From Bdellovibrionales bacterium (GTDB lineage Bacteria; Bdellovibrionota; Bdellovibrionia; Bdellovibrionales; CAYMLA01), in NCBI GenBank assembly GCA_965217115.1, contig OZ244239.1, positions 192,001-256,000 on the forward strand: a DNA stretch of 64,000 nucleotides, written 5' to 3'. The notes below the pieces were generated by a model. The model was not told where the DNA came from. It searched no databases and saw only the letters and a program-made list of their open reading frames with translations. The position numbers and the translations under genes were made by a program. The first letter of the stretch is position 1, and every line of letters begins with the position of its first letter. This document shows positions 17,931 to 28,375 of this stretch, one piece after another.

Positions 17931-18161
17931 AAAAAAGACGACACCCAACTCATTGACCTGTCAGGTTCTTTTAACCTCTTAAAAACCTTCTACAAGGGAA
18001 TAGACAAGGTTCCTGTCGGCGAACAAGCTCAACTCTTAGAACGTATTATTAAAGAAATCATCATCCACCGAGACAAAGTGGACTTAAGAATCTACGGGGC
18101 AGAGAAACTCGACTTTGATCCCAAAAAAAGAATCACTCTAAAAGCACTTTCAGTAAATTAG
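17931..18161 (+). pseudogene. C-terminal remnant of a large serine recombinase
   Basis: EQAQLLERIIKEIIIHRDKVDLRIY resembles LSR C-termini; converges on the tRNA 3' end; no start codon. Confidence 0.6.
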
Positions 18162-18205
18162 AACTCAGCTAGTGCTGAGGTCGGTGGTTCGTTCCGGACT
18201 GAGAT

Positions 18206-18281
18206 TGGTGGAGGTGACAGGGATCGAACCTGCGACCTCAACGCTGCCAGCGTTGCGCTCTCCCAACTGAGCTACACCCCC
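18206..18281 (-). tRNA. tRNA-Ala(GGC)
   Basis: 76-nt cloverleaf, G3:U70, TTCGA T-loop, encoded CCA. Confidence 0.97.
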
Positions 18282-18307
18282 ACAAAATGGGATTAGAATA
18301 GATAGGA

Positions 18308-18336
18308 ATTATGATTGAGAAGGGGGGTATAAGCAA
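18308..18336 (-). promoter_or_regulatory. sigma70-type promoter of tRNA-Ala
   Basis: TTGCTT-N17-CATAAT. Confidence 0.55.
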
Positions 18337-18366
18337 GGTAATCAAATCTTTTTTAGGTGGAATCCC

Positions 18367-19608
18367 TTAAATGCGGCGAGATTCGAGGAGTTCGATGTAC
18401 TCTTTTCCATTGTACTCACGACTCTGGCCGTCTTTGCGGAAAACATAAACTTCAGCTTGGTCAATAAGCCCACTCAATTGTTCGGAGAAATCATGCTCCT
18501 CTAAAAACCTCTGCCAATAATGGGATGAACCGCGAGTGACGGGATTCTTAGAAGCCAACATCGCACAGGCATCATCATGGGGGCGCACCGAGATATCGTG
18601 GGTGCCAATTCGGCGTGACCAATCAATGATCTCCTGCTTACAAAAACCCAGGAGAGGGCGCAGCAACGGCAGCTCCAATCCCCTTTCCACCAGAGAGATA
18701 TTTTCAATCGTCTGACTGGAAACCTGCCCCAAGGCATCACCTGTCACAAGACCGTCTGCCTGTAACCTCTTAGCCAGTATCTCCCCCGCCTCCACCATGT
18801 ATCGACGGAATAGGAGCGTGCGATAACCCTGGCGACACTGCTTAGCGACTAACGACTGCATATCACCAAAAGGCACAATAAATAACTGCCCCCTACGTTG
18901 ATACTTAGACAGAACCCTTGAAAGACTTAATACCTTATCCTTTACTTCATCACCAACAAAGGGATAGGCATGGAAAAATATAAAAGTCTGATCACAACCA
19001 CGGCGAGACATTAAGAAACTCGCCACTGGAGAATCAAACCCACCAGATAATAATGTCACCAGATGTCCACCCGTCCCTACGGGCAACCCTCCGACGGCCT
19101 TCACACTCTTGGTGTAAATATAAATTCTCTCATGGGTGATCCTAATATTAATCGTTAAATCAGGATCATCCATGGTGACAGGTAACCCATAGTGATGGCG
19201 ACGTATGAGATGCCCGACTTTACGACTGACCTCCATGCTGTTCATTGGAAAGCTCTTCTCCGTTCTCTTTGTAATAATACGAAAGCTCTTCGGAAGCTCT
19301 GGTAATTGATCGATCTCCTCTAAAATCACTGGAGTGATTAAATCAAAATCACAGGCTATCTCTCGGCAAAGCCCTATTTGATAGAGCCCAGGAATATTTT
19401 GAAGCTCCCCGGCGATTAACTCAGAGAACCCCTCTTGGCAACGCAAGGCAAACTTTGGCCCCTCTAACTTTAAAGTGAAATTCTCACCATGAAAAGCCCT
19501 GACTACCGAGTGCAGAGTTTGCTTTAAAATATTCAGCAAGATTCGACGGTTCTTCCCCTTTAACCACACTTCATCTACGCTTAATAATAATGTTTGATAG
19601 TCTTTCAT
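18367..19608 (-). CDS. thiI: tRNA 4-thiouridine synthase (THUMP + PP-loop, no rhodanese domain)
   Basis: LKGKNR, GGLPVG, LLSGGFDSPVA, LGQVSSQT. Confidence 0.93.
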   Translation of the reverse strand: MKDYQTLLLSVDEVWLKGKNRRILLNILKQTLHSVVRAFHGENFTLKLEGPKFALRCQEGFSELIAGELQNIPGLYQIGLCREIACDFDLITPVILEEIDQLPELPKSFRIITKRTEKSFPMNSMEVSRKVGHLIRRHHYGLPVTMDDPDLTINIRITHERIYIYTKSVKAVGGLPVGTGGHLVTLLSGGFDSPVASFLMSRRGCDQTFIFFHAYPFVGDEVKDKVLSLSRVLSKYQRRGQLFIVPFGDMQSLVAKQCRQGYRTLLFRRYMVEAGEILAKRLQADGLVTGDALGQVSSQTIENISLVERGLELPLLRPLLGFCKQEIIDWSRRIGTHDISVRPHDDACAMLASKNPVTRGSSHYWQRFLEEHDFSEQLSGLIDQAEVYVFRKDGQSREYNGKEYIELLESRRI

Positions 19609-19630
19609 AATCGTTGGCTCAACCGGACCG

Positions 19631-20782
19631 TCACTTTAATAATTGACACAAGTCTAAATATTCTTGGGAGATGATCTCTACCGCTAAAGTGATCTCCTCT
19701 TCCTCTAGTACATGACTTAAAGAAACCCTTAAAATTTCACCGTGCTGTTTTTCATCAAGCCCCAAAGCCCCATAAACTGGACTGATCTTTTCCTCTCCCC
19801 TGCTCGAACACGCTGAAGAGCTGGACAAGATCACACCTCTACGCTCCACATGACGAAGCAATACATCACTGGAGACACCGGGAAAAACGGCACTCACTAT
19901 GTAGGGATTCTCAGAGAGAAAGGGAAACTCCACCTGGGGACACTTTTCCTTTAAGGAATCCTTAAATAAACAGGCCCGTTCTCTGACTTTTAAACCCCTT
20001 TGAGTCATCTGGGTGTAGGAATTTTTAATGGCCTCTCCCCAAGCAATGATTGCGGGGCCATTAACTGTTGATGAACGAAATCCAAATTCATGGTTTCCAC
20101 CCAAGAGCCATGGTTTCAGGTTTGTGCTCTTACGAAAAATAAGCGCGGAAACACCCTTTGGGCCGCCCATCTTGTGACCGTTCACAGTTAAAGAATCTAT
20201 CTGTGACCCTTGCAAAGACAGGGGGAACTTAGCAAAACCCTGAACACCATCAACATGAATGTGTATATTTGGAAACTTGCTCTTAACCCTACAGGATAAC
20301 TTCTCCACATCCGTTATCATTCCAATGGAGTTATTCACCCATAACAAGTTCAATAACTTCGTGTCGCTATTTATCTCTGACAGAAGGTGGTCCTCATCCA
20401 ATCGACCCCCTGAAAAACGTAACTCTCTGTAGTCCCAATTATAATCTGTCTCTAACTTCACAACTGGCTCGATCAAACTTGGGTGATAGGACTTCGAGCT
20501 CATAACAGTGCCCCTATCCACGTTTTTTGAGAAATGCTCCAGAACCCAATTATTAGACTCTGTGGCTGAGCTTGTGAACACGACTTGATAATCTTGCTCT
20601 AAAGCTTTTAGATTTTGCCTTAAGAGATTTCTGACTTTTTCAATTTTTTTATTTTGCTCTCTACCTAAGACATGTGCCGCAGCTGAATTGCTATAATCCT
20701 CTTTAAGAGATCTATGGAAGACCTCAACACTCTCTACATCCATGGGAGTCGAGGCCGCATGATCTAAATAAATGGCTGTCAC
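19631..20782 (-). CDS. iscS: Cysteine desulfurase (IscS/NifZ-like)
   Basis: YLDHAASTP, HKMGGPKG, SSSACSS. Confidence 0.85.
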   Translation of the reverse strand: MTAIYLDHAASTPMDVESVEVFHRSLKEDYSNSAAAHVLGREQNKKIEKVRNLLRQNLKALEQDYQVVFTSSATESNNWVLEHFSKNVDRGTVMSSKSYHPSLIEPVVKLETDYNWDYRELRFSGGRLDEDHLLSEINSDTKLLNLLWVNNSIGMITDVEKLSCRVKSKFPNIHIHVDGVQGFAKFPLSLQGSQIDSLTVNGHKMGGPKGVSALIFRKSTNLKPWLLGGNHEFGFRSSTVNGPAIIAWGEAIKNSYTQMTQRGLKVRERACLFKDSLKEKCPQVEFPFLSENPYIVSAVFPGVSSDVLLRHVERRGVILSSSSACSSRGEEKISPVYGALGLDEKQHGEILRVSLSHVLEEEEITLAVEIISQEYLDLCQLLK

Positions 20783-20790
20783 ATTTGCCT

Positions 20791-21828
20791 CTAAAATGCC
20801 TGATCTAGCACGAAATAAACCGAAGGCTTGCTCTCGGCGACACCCACATCTAAACGAATGGATGTTCCATCTTCTCCAATGAAATAATGTCCGCCAAACC
20901 CCAGGCCCGAGTGATCTTCAGCACTGTCCAAAGCTGCCAGAGAAGGGGCCACCTTCCCTAGAGCTGCAAAGACACTGGCTCCCCAATTGTTCCATTTCTT
21001 GCGCAATTCTATCTGCAAAAAACCACGGGCCAAATCTTTAAACCGCCCTGAATAGAAACCTCTTAAAACCCTCTTTCCTCCCAATTCCAATAGAGATCGG
21101 AAAGGAACACTCTTCTCAGAGCCATCTAGGCGTGCTAATCCAAACTGCAAGGCTGCAACTAGGTTTTCACCCATCGTCCAATACTGTCTTAAATCTAAAT
21201 CCCACTGCCCAAAATCATAACTTCTATGATTATAATCCCAATAGGTGAGCTTATAAAATCCCCCTTCAGAAGGATAACGAAGCAAGTCCCTATCATCCCA
21301 AGAAACTCCCCCTCCAAAGCCTTGGAGAGTGTAGGATTTCAAATCAGAGTTCTCCTGAATCAACTGGTCTAAGATTTTCCCTGCCTCAACCTTATACAGA
21401 TTTCTAACAGCTCGAGCATAGCCTAAGTGTAAGTAAATATTTTCAATGGCTTGCCAAGAGCCTTCTACCTTTTGAATTTCTGATCTCTCCGAGAATTCTT
21501 CAAACTCTAGGCGATCAGTTTTATTTCCCGTCTCAAAATATCGATTGGGGAAATCTTCGTAAATGAATTCAGAGAATAAATTAAAACGACCTTCCTGAAA
21601 CCAGAAATTAGGACGAACAATCAGAATCGATTGAGATTTTGCTGTATAGACACCAATATAACGAATCCCTGAAGAACGCCCATCTTGGATTTCACCAAAG
21701 TTTTGTAAATAGATCACCCCCCCAGCAAGACTTGTCTCGGGAGTGTAATAAACCACAGGAATCGTGCTATTCTTGGCATTTACCAAGCTAGCTGCAAGTA
21801 AAACTGTAATAAAAAATAACCGCCTCAT
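20791..21828 (-). CDS. Omp85/BamA-TamA-like surface antigen barrel without POTRA domains
   Basis: LGG..LRG.YSGRF, terminal QAF. Confidence 0.75.
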   Translation of the reverse strand: MRRLFFITVLLAASLVNAKNSTIPVVYYTPETSLAGGVIYLQNFGEIQDGRSSGIRYIGVYTAKSQSILIVRPNFWFQEGRFNLFSEFIYEDFPNRYFETGNKTDRLEFEEFSERSEIQKVEGSWQAIENIYLHLGYARAVRNLYKVEAGKILDQLIQENSDLKSYTLQGFGGGVSWDDRDLLRYPSEGGFYKLTYWDYNHRSYDFGQWDLDLRQYWTMGENLVAALQFGLARLDGSEKSVPFRSLLELGGKRVLRGFYSGRFKDLARGFLQIELRKKWNNWGASVFAALGKVAPSLAALDSAEDHSGLGFGGHYFIGEDGTSIRLDVGVAESKPSVYFVLDQAF

Positions 21829-21856
21829 CTATATAACTCCTTCTTCCTGTTTAAAA

Positions 21857-24427
21857 TTAAAATCGATAGGCTCCTCGAACATAATAGAACCCACCGCCAG
21901 TGCCAATGGGCGAAGTCAGCGCATAACGGGCGCCCGCCATTTTACCGTACAGTTTATTCTCATCAGGTCTTTCATCAAGAACGTTCTTAGCACCCACAAC
22001 AAAGTTCAAGTTATTATTAAAATCATAGCCCACTTCTAAATCCAGGGTGTATTCAGCACTGATATCTTCAAGGGGCAGATTCGAATCAAGATGATCTTCA
22101 AAGATAGAACTAAAATAATTGACTCGTCCAAGAAAACGCCAATCGCCGTTTAGATGGGTCGTCGTTAGACTGTGACGGACACTGGGGAGATTCCCTTCAA
22201 TGTTTTTAATACGAGCGTCAGAAAGATTTGCCTCAGGCTCTCCATCATCACGACTAAAGAGCTTAACATCTTTCACTTCCGTGTCCGTCCAGTTAAGGGC
22301 AAATGCAAATCTTGTCTGCCCACGGAACATATTCACATCATAGTTAGCAACAAGATCTATTCCTTGAGTTATCGTCTTAAAATCATTTGTAAAAAAAGAA
22401 ACCTCACTAAAACTCGAAGCATCCTCCACTCCCCTGCTTGTGAGATCATCAATATCTTCCTGAGTCAGTGTAATTCCCGAAGTGGTGCTAATCCTATCCT
22501 CAATATCTATTCTAAAATAATCCAAAGTTAAAAAGAATCCGTTGTCTAATTCACCTACAAAACCAAAGCTAAAGTTCACAGAGTTTTCGGGCTTTAAGGG
22601 GTTCGCTCCCTTCTTCTGAGAGATTGGATCCGACGGTGGCAATGTCGCTCGATCCCTGAGGCCATCCTCTGTGAAGGCCGTTGTTACGTTACGAACATTA
22701 CTTTGACCAATAGTAGGAGCTTTAAAACCTGTGGACAAGGCCCCGCGCACAGCCCAACTCCCATTGAGTTGATAACGTGTTGCGAGTTTCCCGTTTGTCG
22801 TACTGCCAAAATCAGAAAAATTCTCGTGTCTTATCGCCACACCAACCACAGTGTCTTCCAATGGATAGGTCTCAACATCCAGGTAGAGAGCTGTGCTATT
22901 GCGTCCCTCTTTTTCTTCGTATTTTTTATTTAACCCAGGAAACCCATTGGAGCCAACCCCAAAACCCTGATCTGCCAGTGGCCCTGCTTCGTAGGAAGCC
23001 CTGTCACCTGCAATGGACTCAAAGGATTCATAGCGATACTCCGCTCCCCCAGCCATAGAGACAGGCTCTCTTAAACCAATATCAAGTGTTTTTTCGACAC
23101 TCAACTCAATAGATTTCTCATCTTGAATATAGTCACCAGGTTTAAACGAAGTTGGGGAGCTAGCACCCAACGATGGATTCACCGTATTATAGATCGAGTA
23201 ACTGATATGATTTTTTCCCCAGGACGTACTGAGATCATAGGACCAATCGCCACTTGTCTTTCCCTTCAAGCCAGTCGTTAGAGACGTATCCTTAATTGTA
23301 CCAGCAAATCGAGGGGTGAACCCTCCAGGGAAGCGTTCATTAAAAGCCCAGCAATTCTTCCCGACATCCGTTGTGTTATCTGCAATTATCTCATAACTAG
23401 GATCATCTAAGACATTGTCACCCAGAGGAACGGTGGGACATGGTATACCATTACCAACACCGTCCATGTCTCCAACAAGTAGATCCGTCCCGTTTTCTCC
23501 CCTGTAGACTCCTGAACGTGTATGGGGATTACGAAAGTAGAAACCTCCATCCACGGCTCTCTGTGCATAGTTACCAAAGAGATAAACATGCATCCGAGAG
23601 CTTATGTCGAATCCTGAATTAACAAAGAATTTTAGATCTTGATTCACTTCAGGAGAGCCCCACGTTTGCGCTGGGTTTTTAACAAAAGTGTTACCAGCTT
23701 CGATCAACGCCGCTGCACCACCCCTCTGAATACTTCTGCTTGTTTCAGACACATTGCGAGATTCAAAACTAAAATTTGCAAAACCTTTTTTTGTCAGGGG
23801 GACACCCACATTACCAGAGTATTGGGCCCCATTGCCATCTCCTTCATAATAACCGCCGTATTGCACTTCAAGAGTTCCCCCTTGATTGCTATCCTTGAGT
23901 ACAAAGTTAATGGCTCCTGCGATAGCATCTGAACCGTATTGTGCCGAAGCCCCATCACGCAGAACTTCAAGTTGTTTTAAGGCAATAGCTGGTATTGTTG
24001 ATATGTCTGGGCCTTGGGAGCCATCAGATAAACCTCCACCAAGAAACGTGATAACAGCAGATCTGTGACGACGTTTTCCGTTAACCAGTACTAAAGTGTG
24101 ATCTGAAGATAGACCCCTTAAATTTGCTGGACGGACAAATGTGGATGCATCATTTATCTGCTGCTCGTTGACATTAAATGACGGAACCATTGCTTGAATC
24201 ATGGAGAGCATATCCGTTGAGCCCTGTTGTTTAAGCTCTTCTGCGGAGATAATATCTAACGGCACAGTTGAATCACCCATAGAACGGGGAGCTGCCCGTG
24301 TTCCGATCACAGCCATTTTTTCAATGCCCCCTGTTTTTTCTTTCTCAGCAGATTTACTGCTCTCAGCAGAAACCAAGGAAATAAATACAAGGAAAACTAA
24401 TAGATTAAAGATATTTCTCACTTCCAT
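21857..24427 (-). CDS. TonB-dependent receptor
   Basis: Plug LRGL...LVLVNGKR, DGASAQYGSDAIAG; C-terminal YRF. Confidence 0.95.
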   Translation of the reverse strand: MEVRNIFNLLVFLVFISLVSAESSKSAEKEKTGGIEKMAVIGTRAAPRSMGDSTVPLDIISAEELKQQGSTDMLSMIQAMVPSFNVNEQQINDASTFVRPANLRGLSSDHTLVLVNGKRRHRSAVITFLGGGLSDGSQGPDISTIPAIALKQLEVLRDGASAQYGSDAIAGAINFVLKDSNQGGTLEVQYGGYYEGDGNGAQYSGNVGVPLTKKGFANFSFESRNVSETSRSIQRGGAAALIEAGNTFVKNPAQTWGSPEVNQDLKFFVNSGFDISSRMHVYLFGNYAQRAVDGGFYFRNPHTRSGVYRGENGTDLLVGDMDGVGNGIPCPTVPLGDNVLDDPSYEIIADNTTDVGKNCWAFNERFPGGFTPRFAGTIKDTSLTTGLKGKTSGDWSYDLSTSWGKNHISYSIYNTVNPSLGASSPTSFKPGDYIQDEKSIELSVEKTLDIGLREPVSMAGGAEYRYESFESIAGDRASYEAGPLADQGFGVGSNGFPGLNKKYEEKEGRNSTALYLDVETYPLEDTVVGVAIRHENFSDFGSTTNGKLATRYQLNGSWAVRGALSTGFKAPTIGQSNVRNVTTAFTEDGLRDRATLPPSDPISQKKGANPLKPENSVNFSFGFVGELDNGFFLTLDYFRIDIEDRISTTSGITLTQEDIDDLTSRGVEDASSFSEVSFFTNDFKTITQGIDLVANYDVNMFRGQTRFAFALNWTDTEVKDVKLFSRDDGEPEANLSDARIKNIEGNLPSVRHSLTTTHLNGDWRFLGRVNYFSSIFEDHLDSNLPLEDISAEYTLDLEVGYDFNNNLNFVVGAKNVLDERPDENKLYGKMAGARYALTSPIGTGGGFYYVRGAYRF

Positions 24428-24640
24428 ACCACTCTCTTTAGTCGATTGTTTTAAGATTAAGGTGATATACAGAGGATGAAATTAGAGTTCAACAGAAACC
24501 TCCGGAATCACCATCTAGCTACATGCGTTATCACCGTTCTTAAATTCCATTCTCCTAAAGATTGCAACCAATCAAATATAAATATAGCACCTTGACAGTT
24601 AATAGCACTCCTATCAATATACGGCAGTATTTGGGAGGAT

Positions 24641-25426
24641 ATGTTTATGAAATTATACGATGTTTTACTAAAACCATTACTAATAGCCTGTGTTCTTGCA
24701 TTGACACCATTGGCTCTATCAAAAAATGTCAAGACAGACACCAATATTAAAGAACAAGGGGTTAATCATCAACAGGCCCAAAAATCTCAAAGAAAGATCT
24801 CCCAAATAGCACAAAAGACTCAATCCTTGGTGGAACAGTATCGACTGACTTTAGAGAGAATTGAAAATGCCAAAATCTATAACGCCCAACTGGAAAAATT
24901 GCTTCAGTCACAAGAGGCTGAAATGATCTCTATGAAAGAGGATATTCAAAGCCTAAAGCACACCAGTAAAGAGATCATCCCTCTTATGATCCGAATGATA
25001 GATACACTTGAGAAGTTTGTGGAATTGGACATGCCTTTTCTGCCTGGTGAACGTAAACGCCGAATAACTGAACTTAAGAATATTATGAAGAGAGCTGATG
25101 TCTCTAACTCTGAAAAATACCGACGTATACTGGAATCCTATCAAGTTGAAAGTGAATACGGCCGTACTATTGAGGCCTATGAAGATCATTTTACCATTGA
25201 TTCACAGAAACTAATGGTCAATTTTCTGCGCATTGGCCGTATTGCTCTTTTTTATCAGTCTATTGATGGGTCCCTATCTGGTATGTGGGATATTAAAAAT
25301 AAAAAATGGCAACCTCTGTCAGATTTTGAACGTTCTATTCGCGATGGATTGAGAATGGCCCGTAAACAAAAGGCTCCGAATCTTCTTAAATTACCCATAC
25401 AAACAGTCCAAAAGGTCTCCCAATGA
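24641..25426 (+). CDS. DUF3450 (TtpB-like) protein
   Basis: DMPFL..ER, EKYRRILE.Y..E..YG, LRIGR. Confidence 0.85.
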   Translation: MFMKLYDVLLKPLLIACVLALTPLALSKNVKTDTNIKEQGVNHQQAQKSQRKISQIAQKTQSLVEQYRLTLERIENAKIYNAQLEKLLQSQEAEMISMKEDIQSLKHTSKEIIPLMIRMIDTLEKFVELDMPFLPGERKRRITELKNIMKRADVSNSEKYRRILESYQVESEYGRTIEAYEDHFTIDSQKLMVNFLRIGRIALFYQSIDGSLSGMWDIKNKKWQPLSDFERSIRDGLRMARKQKAPNLLKLPIQTVQKVSQ

Positions 25427-26802
25427 AAAAATATAACGTATCTCGCATCTCTACCCTACTTACTACGATCAGTCTTCTCTTCTGCCAAGCGGCCATTTCT
25501 GCTGATGCAAAAATCCAAACACAGACATTGGATGAACTTCTTAAAAAAGTTCTGCTTGAGCGATCTCTACAATCTCAAGAGCTTCGAGCGCGGGAGAAAG
25601 CTTTCTTAAACAAGCAGACCTCCCAGAAGAGATTGCTTCTAAAAGCTAAAAACGAACTGGTTATCCTAGAGAGACGCACTGCTGTTCTTACAAAGAAGTT
25701 TGAAGAAAACGAAAAAATATTATCTAAAATCGAAGAAAAGCTTAATCTGATTGTTGGAACCCTGGGAGAACTCTTTGGGGTTGTTCGTCAGGTTGCAGGA
25801 GATTTTCGAGGTCAAACACAGGGCTCTATCATCTCAGCTCATGTCACAGACCGTGATGCTTTCCTAGGGAAAATCGCTGAGACAAAGAGCCTTCCAAAAA
25901 CACCTGAGCTAGAGAGATTGTGGTTTGAAATTCAGAGAGAGATGACAGAGAGTGGGAAAGTAATAGCTTTTAACCATCCCGTTATTCTCGCCAATGGAAA
26001 ACAAGTCACACAGAGAGTGACCCGCATAGGTACTTTTAATCTTATATCTGATGGAAAGTACTTTAATTACCAATCTGAAACCAAACAGGTCACGGAACTT
26101 CCCCGTCAACCATCAGGGCGACTGCTTAGTTTAGTTGAAGATTTTGAGGACACAGGTGACTCTGTCTCCCCGTTAGCTATAGACCCCTCGCGGGGAACTA
26201 TCCTATCTGCATTGGTCCAAGCTCCCACTCTGAGTGAGCGCATTGATCAAGGCGGCACTGTTGGTTATATTATTCTCATTCTTCTCTTTATTGGACTCGT
26301 ACTCTCTATAGAGCGTGTTATCGTTCTGAGAAAAGAGTCCCATAAACTCAAAGAGCAAATGCTTGCAAAGGCTCCCCTTGAAGATAATGTCCTCGGCGAG
26401 ATCATGACTGCCTTTGATAAATATCATAATCACGACCTGGAAACCCTAGAACTTAAAATTGATGAGGTTGTGTTGCGTAACACCCCTCGAATCACACGCG
26501 GGGTTGGTACAATTAAAATTCTTTCAGCGATAGCACCTCTCTTAGGACTTTTAGGAACCGTCACAGGAATGATCGCCACCTTTCAATCGATCACCTTATT
26601 CGGAACGGGCGACCCTAAGCTTATGGCTGGAGGTATTTCTCAAGCCTTAGTGACAACTGTTCTTGGATTAGTTTGTGCCATTCCTCTCCTTCTACTCTAT
26701 AATTTGGTCTCATCAAAATGTCAGGGCATCATGCAAGTTCTTGAGGAACAGAGTATTGGAATGATTGCCAGTCGTTCTCAAAAGGACGGAAAGACTTCAT
26801 GA
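25423..26802 (+). CDS. Long MotA/TolQ/ExbB protein (TtpC-like)
   Basis: N-terminal coiled coil; APLLGLLGTVTGMI, MAGGISQALVTT. Confidence 0.88.
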   Translation: MKKYNVSRISTLLTTISLLFCQAAISADAKIQTQTLDELLKKVLLERSLQSQELRAREKAFLNKQTSQKRLLLKAKNELVILERRTAVLTKKFEENEKILSKIEEKLNLIVGTLGELFGVVRQVAGDFRGQTQGSIISAHVTDRDAFLGKIAETKSLPKTPELERLWFEIQREMTESGKVIAFNHPVILANGKQVTQRVTRIGTFNLISDGKYFNYQSETKQVTELPRQPSGRLLSLVEDFEDTGDSVSPLAIDPSRGTILSALVQAPTLSERIDQGGTVGYIILILLFIGLVLSIERVIVLRKESHKLKEQMLAKAPLEDNVLGEIMTAFDKYHNHDLETLELKIDEVVLRNTPRITRGVGTIKILSAIAPLLGLLGTVTGMIATFQSITLFGTGDPKLMAGGISQALVTTVLGLVCAIPLLLLYNLVSSKCQGIMQVLEEQSIGMIASRSQKDGKTS

Positions 26803-27314
26803 GCTTTATCGTAGAATCCATCTTAAATCTCTTGGAATCGGGAGGACAAGTTCTTTGGCTTCTCTTATTGACTACTTTTGCACTTTGGATTCTTATTTTT
26901 GAGCGCTTTACTTTTTTTAGATGGTCCCTGCCAGGAATCAAAGAACAAACTCTCCAACAATGGAATCCCTATTCTGCAAATAAGGATTGGCAGTCAGGTC
27001 ATGTTCGCAGACAACTCCTATCAACACTGCAACAAGATCTTGGAAAAAATATCTCTGCTATCAAGATGTTAGTGGCCCTCTGTCCTCTTCTCGGACTTCT
27101 CGGAACTGTTACAGGAATGATCACTGTCTTTGATGTTATGGCCATCTCTGGAACAGGGAATGCGCGAATGATGGCATCGGGAATATCAATGGCCACGATT
27201 CCAACTATGGCAGGTATGATAGCAGCTCTATCTGGTCTCTATTTTGGAAGCTTTTTAGAAAATAAAATGAAGATAGAATGGGAAGTCGTTTCGGAACAAC
27301 TAACCTATAAGTAA
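26799..27314 (+). CDS. exbB: ExbB
   Basis: CPLLGLLGTVTGMI, MASGISMAT. Confidence 0.85.
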   Translation: MSFIVESILNLLESGGQVLWLLLLTTFALWILIFERFTFFRWSLPGIKEQTLQQWNPYSANKDWQSGHVRRQLLSTLQQDLGKNISAIKMLVALCPLLGLLGTVTGMITVFDVMAISGTGNARMMASGISMATIPTMAGMIAALSGLYFGSFLENKMKIEWEVVSEQLTYK

Positions 27315-27328
27315 AAACCGAGGGTGTC

Positions 27329-27736
27329 GTGAGAAAGAAAAATAGATTTTTACAAGAAGAGAGTGATATTGATCTCACTCCAATGCTAGACATTGTTTTC
27401 ATTATGTTGATTTTCTTTATCGTAACGACTTCATTTGTTAAGGAGTCAGGTATTGAGATTAATCGCCCTAATGCAGCGACAGCCGACAAGAAAGAACGGG
27501 CAAGTATTATGATTGCCATTAGCGAAAGTGGTGAAATCTGGTTACAAAAGCGACGTATCGATATTCGCTCAGTTCGTCCTAACATAGAACGCCTCCATGC
27601 AGAGAGTCCCGAAGGAGCTGTTGTCATTCAAGCCGATAAAGACTCTAAAAATGGACTACTCGTTGAGGTGATGGATCAAATTCGTCTAGCAGGGGTCACT
27701 AGTATTTCCCTTGCAGCAAAAGTGACACAGGAATAA
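27329..27736 (+). CDS. exbD: ExbD
   Basis: DLTPMLDIVFIMLIFFIVT. Confidence 0.92.
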   Translation: MRKKNRFLQEESDIDLTPMLDIVFIMLIFFIVTTSFVKESGIEINRPNAATADKKERASIMIAISESGEIWLQKRRIDIRSVRPNIERLHAESPEGAVVIQADKDSKNGLLVEVMDQIRLAGVTSISLAAKVTQE

Positions 27737-27740
27737 AGCG

Positions 27741-28373
27741 ATGTCGAAGCGTTTTGGATTATCGATCCTCTTCGGAGGAGTGTGCACATTGAGCATTTTT
27801 TATTTCATGGCCACTTTAATTTCCAGTGATAAATCGTACATGAAAGATCGAGAAGATGGCGAACCTATCGAGTTTTTACGTATTCATCAAGATGACACTC
27901 TAGAAACCCGAAATCGTCGTCCTCCTAAACAACCAGAGGCAGAACCACCTCCTAAACAACCGCAATTAAAGGTGGCAACACCCGACACTCCTTCTAAACC
28001 ACAAATGGCTCTGGATATGCCACAGATAAGTCGGTCTATAGATCTTAACTCGGCTTCATTTTCTGGCGGTATGGCTCCGGCGGCCTCTGGGGAGGTTTTA
28101 CCACTTGTACGTATCGAACCCCATTACCCACAGCGAGCCCGAATGAGCGGAATTGAAGGTTGGGTGGAAGTTCAATTTGATGTTGATAAAAAAGGGGCCG
28201 TGTACAACATACAAATTATAGGGGCGAAGCCCTGGAAAATTTTTGACACCAGTGCCCGTCGAGCTGTTGCAAGGTGGAAGTATCGCCCCCGGGTTATCAA
28301 CGGAAAACCAACAGTGCAAAAAAACATCCGCACTCGTTTTGAGTTTAAAATAGACGCTGGAGGAGACAAGTAA
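27741..28373 (+). CDS. tonB: Energy transducer TonB
   Basis: TM anchor, Pro-rich linker, P.YP..A...GIEG.V domain. Confidence 0.92.
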   Translation: MSKRFGLSILFGGVCTLSIFYFMATLISSDKSYMKDREDGEPIEFLRIHQDDTLETRNRRPPKQPEAEPPPKQPQLKVATPDTPSKPQMALDMPQISRSIDLNSASFSGGMAPAASGEVLPLVRIEPHYPQRARMSGIEGWVEVQFDVDKKGAVYNIQIIGAKPWKIFDTSARRAVARWKYRPRVINGKPTVQKNIRTRFEFKIDAGGDK

Positions 28374-28375
28374 CG

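Larger units (their letters stand above)
11747..18281. mobile_element. Decayed genomic island at tRNA-Ala
   Basis: Bounded by the tRNA and its degenerate direct copy; recombinase remnant at the tRNA 3' end; TA and IS cargo. Confidence 0.6.

Noticed and set aside
24428..24640. Fur box or riboswitch between the receptor and the tonB operon
   Set aside because: No convincing GATAATGATAATCATTATC match or known riboswitch core was seen.
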